A program made the position numbers and the translations under genes. Positions 33,949 through 44,068 of a stretch of 64,000 nt of DNA are shown piece by piece; the first letter of the stretch is position 1; each line of letters starts with the position of its first letter. Source of the stretch: an uncultured bacterium (GTDB lineage Bacteria > Krumholzibacteriota > Krumholzibacteriia > LZORAL124-64-63); the NCBI GenBank assembly GCA_963732385.1, contig CAVSZB010000001.1:31890-95889 (forward strand), read 5' to 3'. Under the pieces are notes generated by a model. It saw only the letters and a list, made by a program, of their open reading frames with translations, was not told where the DNA came from and did no database searches.

Positions 33949-34866
33949 TCAGACCTCGTCTTTCTGGAGATTGTGATGCCGCGTGGCGGTATCCGTGATG
34001 AGCCCGTCCCACAGGCGGCGGATGTCGTCTCCCGCGGGCGCGCCGGTTTCGACCACCGCGCGCGCCGCGATCTGCGCGCGGGTGACTTCGCGATCGTAGC
34101 GGATGCGGCCCGCGATCGAGGCGCCCGCCACGCGCGCGACTGCTTCGATCCTTTCCGCCAGGCCGGGATTGAGATCCCACTTGTTGACGCAGACGGCCGC
34201 CGGCACGTTGAAGTGCCGTGCCAGCGACAGCACGCGCGCCAGATCGTGCTCGCCCGAGACGGTCGGTTCCGTGACCAGCAGCAGCTGTGAGGCACCGGTG
34301 ACCGAAGCGATGACCGGGCAGCCGATGCCCGGTGGCCCGTCCACGATGACCAGCGGCCGCGTGGTCGCCTCCGCAATGCGGCGGGCTTCGCCGCGCACGA
34401 TGGAGACCAGCTTGCCCGAGTTCTCGGCCGCCGCAAAGAGCCGCGCGTGCACGAGCGGCCCGCAGCGGGTGTCCGATACCATCCACTCGCCGCAGAGGCG
34501 CTCGGGAAAGTCGATCGCCCCCTCCGGGCATATCCGCACGCAGACGCCACACCCCTCACATGCAACGGTATCGATGACGTATGGGGACCCCGGTGCTCCG
34601 GGGGTGAGGGAGAGCACTGCGCCGAAGCGACAGTGCGCGAGGCAGAGCCCGCAGCCGAGGCAGCTCTCCGCACGGATGACCGCCCCGCGGCCGGCCCGGA
34701 ACTCGTGGCGCTCGCGCACGGTGGGCGCGAGCACCAGGTGCAGGTCCGCCGCGTCCACGTCGCAGTCGGCCAGGACCGCATTGCCCGCGAGCACGGCCAG
34801 CGAGGCGGCCACGCTCGTCTTGCCGGTGCCGCCCTTGCCGCTGAGCACGACTATTTCGCGCGTCAT
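33949..34866 (-). CDS. MinD/ParA-type P-loop ATPase with inserted 2x[4Fe-4S] ferredoxin domain
   Basis: SGKGGTGKT, DCDVDAADLH, two CxxCxxCxxxC, DGPPGIGCPV. Confidence 0.9.
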   Translation of the reverse strand: MTREIVVLSGKGGTGKTSVAASLAVLAGNAVLADCDVDAADLHLVLAPTVRERHEFRAGRGAVIRAESCLGCGLCLAHCRFGAVLSLTPGAPGSPYVIDTVACEGCGVCVRICPEGAIDFPERLCGEWMVSDTRCGPLVHARLFAAAENSGKLVSIVRGEARRIAEATTRPLVIVDGPPGIGCPVIASVTGASQLLLVTEPTVSGEHDLARVLSLARHFNVPAAVCVNKWDLNPGLAERIEAVARVAGASIAGRIRYDREVTRAQIAARAVVETGAPAGDDIRRLWDGLITDTATRHHNLQKDEV

Positions 34867-35723
34867 CGCGTCCTGACCGCCCGCGCCGCGCGCGGCATCT
34901 CCGCCACCCGCGCGAGCAGCCCGGCCAGCAGCGGCCGGTATTCCGGCACGGCGTCTACCATCAATTCGCCGCGCGAGTAGGCCTCCGCCACGCGCCGGTC
35001 GTCCGGGATCTCGAGTAGCACCGGCAGGCCCTCGCGCGCGCACCAGTGCTGCACGCGGTCATCACCGCTGCCCATCCGGTTGACCACGACGCCGCACGGC
35101 AGGCCCAGTTCGCGCACCGTTCCGACCGCCAGTTCGAGGTCGTGCAGGCCGAACGGCGTGGGCTCGGTGACCAGCAACACCGCGTCCGCGTCGCGAATCG
35201 TTGCGACGACGGGGCACGACGTGCCGGGCGGCGCATCGAGGATCGTCGGAATGCCGTCGCGGCGCGCCGCCTTGACGGCGGCGATCAGCGGCGGTGCCGT
35301 GGCCACCCCCACGTCGAGGCGGCCCGAGATCAGCGTGATCGGCCCGTCCTCGCGGATCTCGACCTCACCGATGCGCCGCTCGATTTCTCGGATCGCCCCG
35401 CGGGGGCAGAGCAGCGCACATCCGCCGCAACCGTGGCACATCTCCGGAAACACCAGCGGCGTCGTACCGAACGAGACGATGGCGTGCCAGGCGCAGAGCC
35501 GGCCGCACTCACCGCAGGCGTTGCAGAGCTGCGCGTCCACCGTAGGCACGGGGATGCCGATGATGTGCCGTTCGTGCACCGCGCCGCCCAGGAACAGGTG
35601 CGCGTTGGGCTCCTCGACGTCGCAATCGAGCAGTTGGACGGGGCCGGCGATCACGCGCGCGAGGTTCACCGCGAGCGTGGTCTTGCCGGTCCCGCCCTTG
35701 CCCGAGGCGATGGCGAGGATCAT
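34863..35723 (-). CDS. MinD/ParA-type P-loop ATPase with inserted ferredoxin domain
   Basis: SGKGGTGKTT, DCDVEEPN, CNACGEC, CHGCGGC, PPGTSCP, TEPTPFGLHD. Confidence 0.9.
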   Translation of the reverse strand: MILAIASGKGGTGKTTLAVNLARVIAGPVQLLDCDVEEPNAHLFLGGAVHERHIIGIPVPTVDAQLCNACGECGRLCAWHAIVSFGTTPLVFPEMCHGCGGCALLCPRGAIREIERRIGEVEIREDGPITLISGRLDVGVATAPPLIAAVKAARRDGIPTILDAPPGTSCPVVATIRDADAVLLVTEPTPFGLHDLELAVGTVRELGLPCGVVVNRMGSGDDRVQHWCAREGLPVLLEIPDDRRVAEAYSRGELMVDAVPEYRPLLAGLLARVAEMPRAARAVRTR

Positions 35724-36082
35724 ACCCAGTGTCCTTCCACGTCGGCGTCGTGCGCCGGGACGAGGCGCCCGGCGCGGAACTCCACGAGTGCCGTCGCGAC
35801 CGTGGCGGCCTCGGTGTTGTAGACCGTGACCCCCGCCGCCGCGAGCACGCGGAACGCCTTGGGCCCGCAGTGGCCGGTGACCACCGCCCGTGCCCCCGCG
35901 CGCACGACCGCTTCGGCCGCCTGGATGCCGGCGCCCTGTGAAGCGGCGAGGTTCTGCGCGTTGTCGAGCAGTTCCCAGGCGTCGCCGTCGAGATCGTAGA
36001 CCAGGAACTTCGGCGCGCGGCCGAACCGGCCGTCCAGGGGTGCGTCGGGCCCGTCGCCCGACGTCGTGAACACGATCTTCAT
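35720..36082 (-). CDS. NifB/NifX-family protein (orange-protein-like)
   Basis: RFGRAPKF, GAGIQAA, TGHCGPKAF, VEGHW. Confidence 0.88.
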   Translation of the reverse strand: MKIVFTTSGDGPDAPLDGRFGRAPKFLVYDLDGDAWELLDNAQNLAASQGAGIQAAEAVVRAGARAVVTGHCGPKAFRVLAAAGVTVYNTEAATVATALVEFRAGRLVPAHDADVEGHWV

Positions 36083-36095
36083 GGTCGTCTCCCGT

Positions 36096-36539
36096 TCAGT
36101 TATAGGCCTCCATGACGTCACGCGGCTCCCGCATCAGTTCGCCTGCGACGTCATCCATGCTGCTTTCGGTCCAGAAGGGGAGTTGCCGGTGTGCCTCGAG
36201 GTACTTGAGCGGGATGGGGTGGGTGCCGATCACGACCGGCAGCCCATGCACCTTTTCGATGAACTCCCGGAAGCGGCGAATGTGCGGGCACGGCGGATAC
36301 CCCACGACCAGGCCGGTCGCAAGGTGGACCACGTCTGCGCCGTTCTTCAGAAACTCCGCCGGGACGTCCTCCACGTTGCCGCCCGGGCAGCCGCCGCAAG
36401 TGGAGTACCCCACGATCTCGACCGCCTCGTCGGGTGCGTAGCGGGCGAAGGCGCCTCTCCGCTCCCGCAGGGCCCGGAAGCACTTGCCGCCGCCGCAGTC
36501 ACGGTAGCGGGCGCAGATGATGATGCCGATGCGCGTCAT
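36096..36539 (-). CDS. CGGC-domain metal-binding protein
   Basis: IGIIIC..C..GKC, CGGCPG, VHLATG, CPH, GTH. Confidence 0.88.
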   Translation of the reverse strand: MTRIGIIICARYRDCGGGKCFRALRERRGAFARYAPDEAVEIVGYSTCGGCPGGNVEDVPAEFLKNGADVVHLATGLVVGYPPCPHIRRFREFIEKVHGLPVVIGTHPIPLKYLEAHRQLPFWTESSMDDVAGELMREPRDVMEAYN

Positions 36540-36546
36540 ATGGGGC

Positions 36547-36837
36547 TCACTCCGTCGGGGGGGTGGGGGTCAGTTCGTTCAACCGCCGGTGGACGGCATC
36601 CAGCCGCTCCTGCAGCGCCGTGGCCCGATCCTCCAGGCAGCCCCGTTCCTGCCGGAGGTTGGGCGTCACGGCGGGCCCGCCGCGTCTCCGGCCCCCGCCG
36701 AAGCCGCGCCCTTTGCCGAAGCCGCGCCCGGGCTGAGGGTTCATGGACCCGGGCACTCCCGCGCCCGCGCAGAGACCCGCTGCGCGGCCGGTCATGGGGC
36801 CCAGGCCCCTGGGCCCTGTCCTGTCTCCGCCTGGCAT
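36547..36837 (-). CDS. DUF5320-like small Gly/Arg-rich protein
   Basis: MPGGDRTGPRGLGPMTGRAAGLC, C-terminal coiled coil. Confidence 0.8.
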   Translation of the reverse strand: MPGGDRTGPRGLGPMTGRAAGLCAGAGVPGSMNPQPGRGFGKGRGFGGGRRRGGPAVTPNLRQERGCLEDRATALQERLDAVHRRLNELTPTPPTE

Positions 36838-36863
36838 GATGCGTCCCCTCTCTCTGTGGTTCC

Positions 36864-37496
36864 TTACTTCCGCAGCAGCGCGGTTCCGCACTTCGGGCAC
36901 TTCTGTTGGGCGCAGGGCGAGCCTTGCGCGTGGGGCTCCTCGTGACCGCACCTGGGGCAGATGCAAGCGCCGCCCGGCCCGCCAGCCTGGGGGCCGCCCA
37001 TGCGACCGAGTCCGCCGCTGCCACGACCGCTGCCACGGCCGCCACCGCCGCCGCCACTGCCACCGCCGATCATATTCATCGTCGCCTCCTCTGTTGTTCC
37101 GCCGGCGCTCCATCGCGGTCCGCGGCCCCTGGGCCACCCGCAGCAGCCCGGCATCGCGAAGCGGTTTGTTGCCAGCCCGTTGCGCAACCAGGCGCTCACG
37201 ATTCTGTCCAGCGGCCCGGCCACGAAGGGGATCAATCGGATTCCCTGCGCGGCCACCATGACGGTCAGGGGGCGCGAAATCGCTCCGCAAACCAGGACAT
37301 CCACGCCAAGTTCCGCCAGGTGCAGAACGCGCCCCGTGGGCATGGCGTCAGCGAAATCCGTCCGCGTTTCGGCCGTGATTTCGCCCGCGATCGCGTCCAC
37401 GAGCAGCAGTTGCTGCGCAACGTCGAAGACCGGGGCGACCCGGTCCTGCCAGGCCGCGAAGGCCGCTCTCTGAACGGTCGGGTCCATGGGTCGCAT
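36864..37496 (-). CDS. NifB/NifX-family protein in frame with a Gly-rich zinc-ribbon domain
   Basis: RVAPVFDVA, LVCGAIS, MPGC, then CICPRCG..CAQQKCPKCG. Confidence 0.8.
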   Translation of the reverse strand: MRPMDPTVQRAAFAAWQDRVAPVFDVAQQLLLVDAIAGEITAETRTDFADAMPTGRVLHLAELGVDVLVCGAISRPLTVMVAAQGIRLIPFVAGPLDRIVSAWLRNGLATNRFAMPGCCGWPRGRGPRWSAGGTTEEATMNMIGGGSGGGGGGRGSGRGSGGLGRMGGPQAGGPGGACICPRCGHEEPHAQGSPCAQQKCPKCGTALLRK

Positions 37497-37508
37497 GACC
37501 CGGCCTAT

Positions 37509-37524
37509 TGCCGGATCCGTGCCA
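37509..37524 (-). promoter_or_regulatory. Sigma54 -24/-12 promoter of the NifX/ATPase operon
   Basis: TGGCACG-GATC-CGGCA with correct GG-N10-GC spacing, next to a sigma54 activator gene. Confidence 0.75.
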
Positions 37525-37607
37525 GGATCGGCGGGCCCGCGACAGAGACATAACTCAATGCTATTACAATATTTATGGAATGATGCGTTCCGGGCGCGCG
37601 CACGTAG

Positions 37608-37658
37608 AGTCGCGTATCTGCGACTGAATTTAGATAGTTCGGTCGCGCTTTGGCTACT
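37608..37658. promoter_or_regulatory. Tandem palindromic enhancer (UAS) candidates
   Basis: AGTCGC-N6-GCGACT (37608..37625) and GGTCGC-N6-GCTACT (37641..37658), 33 bp apart. Confidence 0.6.
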
Positions 37659-39042
37659 CTGTGGCGGGTTCCCGGGATCGCCCGTCGCGGGGCGGCAGGG
37701 CGATATGGAGCTTCTTCATCCGCCGGAACAGCGTGCTTTTGTGCACGCCCAGCGCGCGCGCTGCGGCGAGACGGTTGAAGCTGTTGCGTCGCAGGGCGGT
37801 CAGGATCGAATGCCTGTCCAGCAGGTCGCGTGCCGTGCGCATGTCGGTCGTCGCGCCGGGGGCGATGCGCGCCGTGAGGTCGGCAGGCAGGTGCGCCAGC
37901 CCGATGTCACCGTCGTGGCAGAGGATGAAGGCACGCTCGATCACGTTCTCCAGTTCACGGACGTTGCCGGGCCAGTCATGCGCCATGAGCAGCGAAAGCG
38001 TTTCCGGCGCCAGCCCGGTCACTGCCCGTAGCTGCAGGCGGTTGAAACGCTCCACGAATTGCTCCGCGAGCAACGGAATGTCCTCGCGCCGCGATCGCAG
38101 TGGCGGCAGCTCCACCCGCACGACGTTGATGCGGTAGTACAGATCCTCGCGGAATGCCCCCTCGCGCATGCGTTGGGCCAGATCCCGGTGTGTTGCGGCA
38201 ATCACGCGCACGTCGGCGGTTTCGGAGCTATTGCTGCCGAGCGGCTCGTAGGTCCGTTCCTGCAGCACGCGCAGCAGCCGCACCTGCACGGCGGGGCTGA
38301 GCTCGCCGATCTCGTCGAGAAACAGCGTGCCGCCGGCGGCAGCGGCGAATCGCCCCGGCCGGTCGCGACCGGCGCCCGTGAAGGCGCCCGCGCGATAGCC
38401 GAACAGCTCCGACTCGATCAGCGTCTCTGGCAGCGCGCCGCAGTTGACCGCGACGAAAGGCCCATCGCACCGCGGGCTCAGGTCATGGATGGTGCGCGCG
38501 ACGAGCTCCTTGCCGGTGCCGGTATCGCCCACGATCAACACGGTGCTCGGGCTCGCGGCGATGGTCGGCAGGATCTCGAACACACGCTGCATGAGGGGGC
38601 TGCGACTGACCAGGTCGCCCGCGCGGAAACGACCCGCCAGTTCCTCGCGCAACGCCTCGACTTCGCTCAGGTCGCGGAAGGTCTCGGCCCCGCCGATCAC
38701 GCGGCCGGACGCATCGCGCAGCACGGCGGTCGAAACGCTGATCGGGATGCGCGAGCCGTCACCGCGCACGATGTAGGCCGATTGTCCGATCACCGGACGC
38801 TTCGACTTGAGCGTGCGTCCCAGCGCGCAGTCCGTCTCGCACATGCTGGCGCGGAAGACGTCGCAGCAGCGCTGCCCCAGCGCCTCGCGGCGCGGCACGC
38901 CGGTTATCTGCACGGCGGCGCGGTTGAACGAGGTGATGCGCCACTCGAGGTCCACGGTGAAAACGCCGTCGGAGATGCTCTCGAGGATCGCCTCGGTCGA
39001 AGCGGGGGCGGCGGGCTGCGGCTTCGCGCGGCGGGCAGTCAT
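37654..39042 (-). CDS. PAS-domain sigma54-dependent activator (OrpR-like)
   Basis: PAS with CC-x7-C-x3-[28 protein letters not shown]. Confidence 0.92.
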   Translation of the reverse strand: MTARRAKPQPAAPASTEAILESISDGVFTVDLEWRITSFNRAAVQITGVPRREALGQRCCDVFRASMCETDCALGRTLKSKRPVIGQSAYIVRGDGSRIPISVSTAVLRDASGRVIGGAETFRDLSEVEALREELAGRFRAGDLVSRSPLMQRVFEILPTIAASPSTVLIVGDTGTGKELVARTIHDLSPRCDGPFVAVNCGALPETLIESELFGYRAGAFTGAGRDRPGRFAAAAGGTLFLDEIGELSPAVQVRLLRVLQERTYEPLGSNSSETADVRVIAATHRDLAQRMREGAFREDLYYRINVVRVELPPLRSRREDIPLLAEQFVERFNRLQLRAVTGLAPETLSLLMAHDWPGNVRELENVIERAFILCHDGDIGLAHLPADLTARIAPGATTDMRTARDLLDRHSILTALRRNSFNRLAAARALGVHKSTLFRRMKKLHIALPPRDGRSREPATE

Positions 39043-39206
39043 GACATCATCCCCGGGGCGCGCCGGCATGACGCGCGTCAGAGGCTTCCGGACCCAGATT
39101 AGGCGATCCGCGCCGGCGGTCAAGGTCGCGGGCCATCCGGTTGCTGTTGTCACTGGCAATCAGCATGGCCGCGGGCGTGGGCCAGCAACGGCAAGTCGAG
39201 TCCGGC

Positions 39207-40973
39207 CTAGATCACCTCGGACCAGCGCGGCGAGGCAGCGAAGGCCGCGTGGATCAAACCGACATGGGAGTAGGCCTGCGGAAAGTTGCCCCACATCCGC
39301 AGGCCCTCCACATCATAATCCTCGGAGAAGAGTCCCAGGGGCGAGGCCGCCGACATGGTGTGCTTGAGCAGCTCCCGCGCTTCAGCGGTGCGGCCCACCA
39401 TGACGAGCGCTTCGACCAGCCAGAACGTGCACATGATGAAGGCGACCGTGGGCACTCCGAAGCCGTCGTCCACCTTGTAGCGCAGCAGCAGGCCGTTCCG
39501 TTCGAGTTCGCGCCAGACGACGTCGATGGTGGCGGCGAGACGCTGGTCGTCCGCCGGCAGCATGCGCAGGCTGGCCATCTGCAGGAGCGAGGCGTCGAGG
39601 CCGGCGCCGCCGTAGGTCGCCACGAAGGTTCCCCGGGTTTCGTTCCACGCCTTCGCGATGATCTCCTCGCGGATGCGCCCGGCCGCCTGCCGGAGCTCGG
39701 CCGCCTCGGCGGAGCGACCCCGCTCGAGCACCAGGGCCATGCGGTCGGCGGCCGCCCAGCACATCAGGCTGCTGAACGTCTGGGGTTGCGCGGCATGACG
39801 GAATTCCCAGATGCCCGTGTCAGGCGTGCCGGCGACGGCGATCGCCTTGCGCGCCAGCCGGCGCAGCAGGTCGAGGGTCTCGCGCGAGCGCTCGGCGGTG
39901 AAGCGGTCGTCCAGGAAGACAGGACAGAGGGCGAGGACCATCTCCCCGAAGACGTCGTTCTGGCGCTGCTTCGCCGCCGCGTTGCCGATCCGCACCGGGC
40001 CTTCCCCGTTGAAGCCTGGCCAGGCCGGGAGCGTGCTCTCTTCGAGGTCCATCGTCGCGTCGATGCGGTAGAGGGGAGCCAGGTCGAGGTCCGGGCTCGC
40101 GCTCGCCACGTTGATGAGGTAGCGGACGAATCGCTCCCGCTCTCCGAAATGGCCGAGCAGCCGGAACGCCGACAGCGCGTAGTACGCGTCGCGCAGCCAG
40201 CAGTAGCGGTAGTCCCACGTCCGGCCACTGCCGGGCGACTCCGGGATCGACGTCGTCATGGATGCCACGATGGCGCCGGTGTCATCGAAACAGTGCAGTT
40301 TCAGGGCGAGCGCCGAGCGGATGACCTCCTGCTGGAATTCCGGCGGGACGTGGCACTCCTTCACCCAGCGCCGCCAGTAGCGGATGGTCTCGTGCAGGAA
40401 GCGCTCGCAGAGCGGCGCGAGCGGCTCCTCGATCGGTGAGCCCCAGGTCAGGATGAGGTAGCGCCGCTCCGTCAGCGCGAACGGCTGGCCGGAAAGGTAC
40501 GAGATGGGGATGTCGGTGGTGAGGCGGAGCTGAGCCGGAAAGCCGTCGAAACGGATGTGGTTCGAGCCGGGCATGCGGCGCGGGGATTCCTTGGACCACC
40601 CGAGACGCGGCTCGCACGCGACGCGGATGCGCGGCGTGCCGACGATCGGCTCGACGATGCGGATGAGCTGCATCGGGCGGAACGTCCGGTCATACTGGTG
40701 GAAGCGCGGCGCGAAGTCGATGAGGCGCACCCCGCCGTCAGGCGTGTCGAAGGTGGTTTCGAGCACGTTCGTGTTGTCGAGGTAGCGCTGGACGCCGGGT
40801 GAGCCGTCGGCCGGCCCAACCTGGAAATGGCCGCCCTCGCGCGCGTCGAGCAGGGTGGAGAACACCGGGTCGGAGTCGAACCGGGGCAGGCAGCACCACA
40901 CCACCGAGCCGTTCCGCTCGACGAGGGCCGAGTACTGGCAGTTGCCGATGAGTCCCAGATCCTCCAGTCGCAT
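39207..40973 (-). CDS. Glycoside hydrolase family 15 (trehalase/glucoamylase-like)
   Basis: LIGN..ALV..GS..W.C.PRFDS, WDYRYCWLRD, GNFPQAYSH. Confidence 0.92.
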   Translation of the reverse strand: MRLEDLGLIGNCQYSALVERNGSVVWCCLPRFDSDPVFSTLLDAREGGHFQVGPADGSPGVQRYLDNTNVLETTFDTPDGGVRLIDFAPRFHQYDRTFRPMQLIRIVEPIVGTPRIRVACEPRLGWSKESPRRMPGSNHIRFDGFPAQLRLTTDIPISYLSGQPFALTERRYLILTWGSPIEEPLAPLCERFLHETIRYWRRWVKECHVPPEFQQEVIRSALALKLHCFDDTGAIVASMTTSIPESPGSGRTWDYRYCWLRDAYYALSAFRLLGHFGERERFVRYLINVASASPDLDLAPLYRIDATMDLEESTLPAWPGFNGEGPVRIGNAAAKQRQNDVFGEMVLALCPVFLDDRFTAERSRETLDLLRRLARKAIAVAGTPDTGIWEFRHAAQPQTFSSLMCWAAADRMALVLERGRSAEAAELRQAAGRIREEIIAKAWNETRGTFVATYGGAGLDASLLQMASLRMLPADDQRLAATIDVVWRELERNGLLLRYKVDDGFGVPTVAFIMCTFWLVEALVMVGRTAEARELLKHTMSAASPLGLFSEDYDVEGLRMWGNFPQAYSHVGLIHAAFAASPRWSEVI

Positions 40974-41033
40974 GCACCCAAGATAGCGGATTTCATTTGC
41001 TATTCAAACTACTTTGTGCTTTCGTGACCGCAT

Positions 41034-43289
41034 ATGGCTCGAACCCTGAGATTTGTCGCCGCTCTCGTGGTTGGCCTGGCGCTCGTGACCTGGGTCGCGT
41101 CGCTGGTGGCGATCAGAACTACCGGCCACTGGTTCGAGAAGGACATCCGTCTGCGTTCCCAACTGGCGGTGAACGGCGCCCGCCAGGGGCTCGTCAGTCA
41201 CTGGAGTCGGGAGCGGCCGGACGATCTGCGGGCGATCCTTCTCGAGATCACTCGCGACGAGCGCATCATGGCGGCCGCCGCGTACGCGCCGGACCTGACA
41301 CTGCTGACGACCACCCCCCGGTTCCCGGACGTCCTCGCGAGCGGCGGGCTCTTGGCGAAGAGCCGCCCGTTGACCGCGTCCGGCGACCGGGCGTGGCTGG
41401 CGTGGCAGGACATCGTGTCGCTGCCGGGGGGCAGCGTCCACGTGAGCGCCGTGCCGGTCGTCGAGGGAGGGCAGTCGCTGGGTTTCGTCGTGCTCCTGCA
41501 CGATCTGAGCTTCGTCGAACGCCGTGACGCCATGGCGCGGCGGTTCCTGCTGGTCGTCTTCGGTTTCCTGGCGCTCGCCGCCTCGGCGGTGACCATCCTG
41601 GCGACGCGCTGGTCCCGGCACAACTGGAATCGCGGGCTGCAAAGACTGTTGCGCGGCGAGACGGAGCGGCCGGAATTCCTGCCCTTCCTGCGCGATGTGC
41701 GCGAACTCGTGGACCGCATCGTCGCCGAGAAAGAGGCCGAGGGGGAGGGAGGGGCCTGGACGCCGCAACGGCTCAAGAACTCGCTGAACCGCTACCTCCA
41801 TGGCGAGAAGATCGTCATCGTCGCCAACCGCGAACCGTACATCCACAATTACGCGAAGGATGGCATCATCGAGGTCGTTCACCCGGCCAGCGGCCTCGTG
41901 ACGGCGCTGGAGCCGGTGATGCAGGCCTGTTCGGGCGTGTGGATCGGCCACGGCGTCGGTTCGGCCGACCGCGAGACGGTGGACAGGAACGATCGCCTGC
42001 ATGTGCCGCCCGGCGACGAATCGTACGTGCTTCGCCGTGTCTGGCTCACGGCCGAGGAGGAGTCCGGCTACTACTACGGCTTCGCCAACGAGGGCCTGTG
42101 GGCGCTCTGCCATCTGGCGCACGCGCGGCCGATCTTCCGCGGTGAGGACTGGAAACACTACCAGGCGGTGAACGCAAAATTCGCCGACGCCGTGTGCGCC
42201 GAGGTCGACGCCGAAGATCCCATCATCATGGTCCAGGACTACCACTTCACGCTCGCGCCGAAGTTCATCCGCGAGCGCCTGCCCCGCGCGACCATCATCA
42301 TGTTCTGGCACATCCCGTGGCCGAGCTCGGAGCGTCTCGGCATCTGCCCCTGGCGCGAAGAGCTGCTCGAGGGGATGCTGGGAGCGAGTATCCTCGGCTT
42401 CCACACCCAGGTCGACTGCAACAACTTCGTGGAGTCCGTGGACCGCTATCTCGAGGCCCGGATAGACCGGGAGCAGAACGCGGTCGTGCGCAACGGGAAG
42501 ACCACCCTGGTTCGCCCCTACCCGATCTCTTTGGAGTGGCCATCGCGCTGGCTCGGAACGGCGCCGCCGGTGGAGGAGTGTCGGAGCAGCGTCATCCGGG
42601 AGCTTGGCCTCGCGCCCGACGCGCTGATCGGCGTCGGCGTCGACCGACTCGACTACACGAAGGGGGTCGAGGAGCGGCTTCTGGCCGTGGAGCGCCTGCT
42701 GGAGTGCCATCCGGCCTTTCGCGGGCGGTTCACCTTCGTGCAGCTCGCCGCGCCCAGCCGGACGATCATCGACCGTTACCGCCAGCTCAACGAGGACGTG
42801 GAGCGGCTCGCCATCCGCATCAACGAGCGCTTCGGCGAGGCCGGCTATCGGCCCATCGTGCTGCTGCGCTCGCACCACGAGCCGCCCGCGGTCTTCCGCT
42901 ACTACCGCGCCGCCGACTTATGCTACGTGAGCAGTCTGCACGACGGCATGAATCTCGTCGCCAAGGAGTACGTCGCCGCCCGGGACGACGAGCAGGGCGT
43001 CCTCGTGCTCAGCCAGTTCACGGGCGCTGCGCGCGAACTGACGGAGGCCCTGATCGTCAACCCCTACGATCTGGACGAGGCGAGCTCTGCGCTCGCCACG
43101 GCGCTGAGCATGACCCCCGAAGAGCAGCGTGACCGCATGCGCGCGATGCGCGCCTTTCTCTCCGATTTCAACGTCTATCGCTGGGCCGGGAAAATGATCG
43201 TGGACGCGGCCCGTCTGCGCAGACGCGATCGCCTCACCGGACGCCTGACGGATCACGTCATGAGCGCCGCCGCGGGAGAGTCATCTTGA
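41034..43289 (+). CDS. otsA: Trehalose-6-phosphate synthase (GT20) with N-terminal 2-TM extracytoplasmic domain
   Basis: [37 protein letters not shown]. Confidence 0.9.
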   Translation: MARTLRFVAALVVGLALVTWVASLVAIRTTGHWFEKDIRLRSQLAVNGARQGLVSHWSRERPDDLRAILLEITRDERIMAAAAYAPDLTLLTTTPRFPDVLASGGLLAKSRPLTASGDRAWLAWQDIVSLPGGSVHVSAVPVVEGGQSLGFVVLLHDLSFVERRDAMARRFLLVVFGFLALAASAVTILATRWSRHNWNRGLQRLLRGETERPEFLPFLRDVRELVDRIVAEKEAEGEGGAWTPQRLKNSLNRYLHGEKIVIVANREPYIHNYAKDGIIEVVHPASGLVTALEPVMQACSGVWIGHGVGSADRETVDRNDRLHVPPGDESYVLRRVWLTAEEESGYYYGFANEGLWALCHLAHARPIFRGEDWKHYQAVNAKFADAVCAEVDAEDPIIMVQDYHFTLAPKFIRERLPRATIIMFWHIPWPSSERLGICPWREELLEGMLGASILGFHTQVDCNNFVESVDRYLEARIDREQNAVVRNGKTTLVRPYPISLEWPSRWLGTAPPVEECRSSVIRELGLAPDALIGVGVDRLDYTKGVEERLLAVERLLECHPAFRGRFTFVQLAAPSRTIIDRYRQLNEDVERLAIRINERFGEAGYRPIVLLRSHHEPPAVFRYYRAADLCYVSSLHDGMNLVAKEYVAARDDEQGVLVLSQFTGAARELTEALIVNPYDLDEASSALATALSMTPEEQRDRMRAMRAFLSDFNVYRWAGKMIVDAARLRRRDRLTGRLTDHVMSAAAGESS

Positions 43290-44068
43290 AGAACATCCTT
43301 GCGCGCGCCAATCGCGAAGTGCTCCGGCAGTTCGCGTGGTCGAAGGTGCTGCTTGCATTCGACTTCGACGGCACCCTGGCCCCCATCGTGACGCGACCGG
43401 ATCGCGCGACCATGCGGCCGACGACCCGGCGGCTGCTCGGGAAGCTGACGGAGCTGTACCCCTGCATCGTGATTTCCGGCAGGGCCCAGCGGGACGTGAG
43501 CAGGCGTTTGCAGGGGGTCGGCCTGCACGAAATCGTCGGCAACCACGGCGTGGAGCCGTGGCATTCCACGGAGAAGCTGTCGGAAGAGGTCGAGCGCTGG
43601 CACCCCGTGCTGCAGGAGCGCCTGGCGGGGTTGCGGGGGGTGAAGATCGAGGATAAGGGTTTCTCGGTCGCCGTCCACTATCGGCAGTCCCGGCAGAAGA
43701 AGGCCGCGCGCGGCGCCATCCTCGACGCGGCGCGCGCGCTGGGCGAGGTGCGGCTGATCGGGGGAAAGCAGGTGGTGAACATCCTGCCCGACGGCGTGCC
43801 GCACAAAGGAGGCGCCCTCGAACGGGAACGGGCGCGCCTCCGGTGCGACACCGCGATCTATGTGGGAGACGACGATACGGACGAAGATGTCTTCGCCCTC
43901 GATCAGCCGGGCCAGCTGCTGGGCATCCGGGTCGGACGCCACCGCGCCTCGGCTGCACCGTATTTCCTCGGCAGCCAGCGGGACATGGATGAGTTTCTGC
44001 GGGTCCTCCTCGGTCTCCGGCAGGACGAGGCCGATGCGCGGTCCTCTTCAAAGCGGTCGGTGGCGTGA
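43286..44068 (+). CDS. otsB: Trehalose-6-phosphate phosphatase
   Basis: FDFDGTLAPIV, ISGR, VHYR, GDDDTDEDVF; TTG start overlapping the otsA stop. Confidence 0.92.
   Translation: MKNILARANREVLRQFAWSKVLLAFDFDGTLAPIVTRPDRATMRPTTRRLLGKLTELYPCIVISGRAQRDVSRRLQGVGLHEIVGNHGVEPWHSTEKLSEEVERWHPVLQERLAGLRGVKIEDKGFSVAVHYRQSRQKKAARGAILDAARALGEVRLIGGKQVVNILPDGVPHKGGALERERARLRCDTAIYVGDDDTDEDVFALDQPGQLLGIRVGRHRASAAPYFLGSQRDMDEFLRVLLGLRQDEADARSSSKRSVA

Noticed and set aside
37010-37070. Short tandem CCGCCA/CCACG repeats
   Set aside because: They encode the Gly-rich linker of the minus-strand protein.
33607-37496. Nitrogen fixation cluster
   Set aside because: Only NifX-fold proteins are present; no nifHDK, nifEN or radical-SAM NifB.
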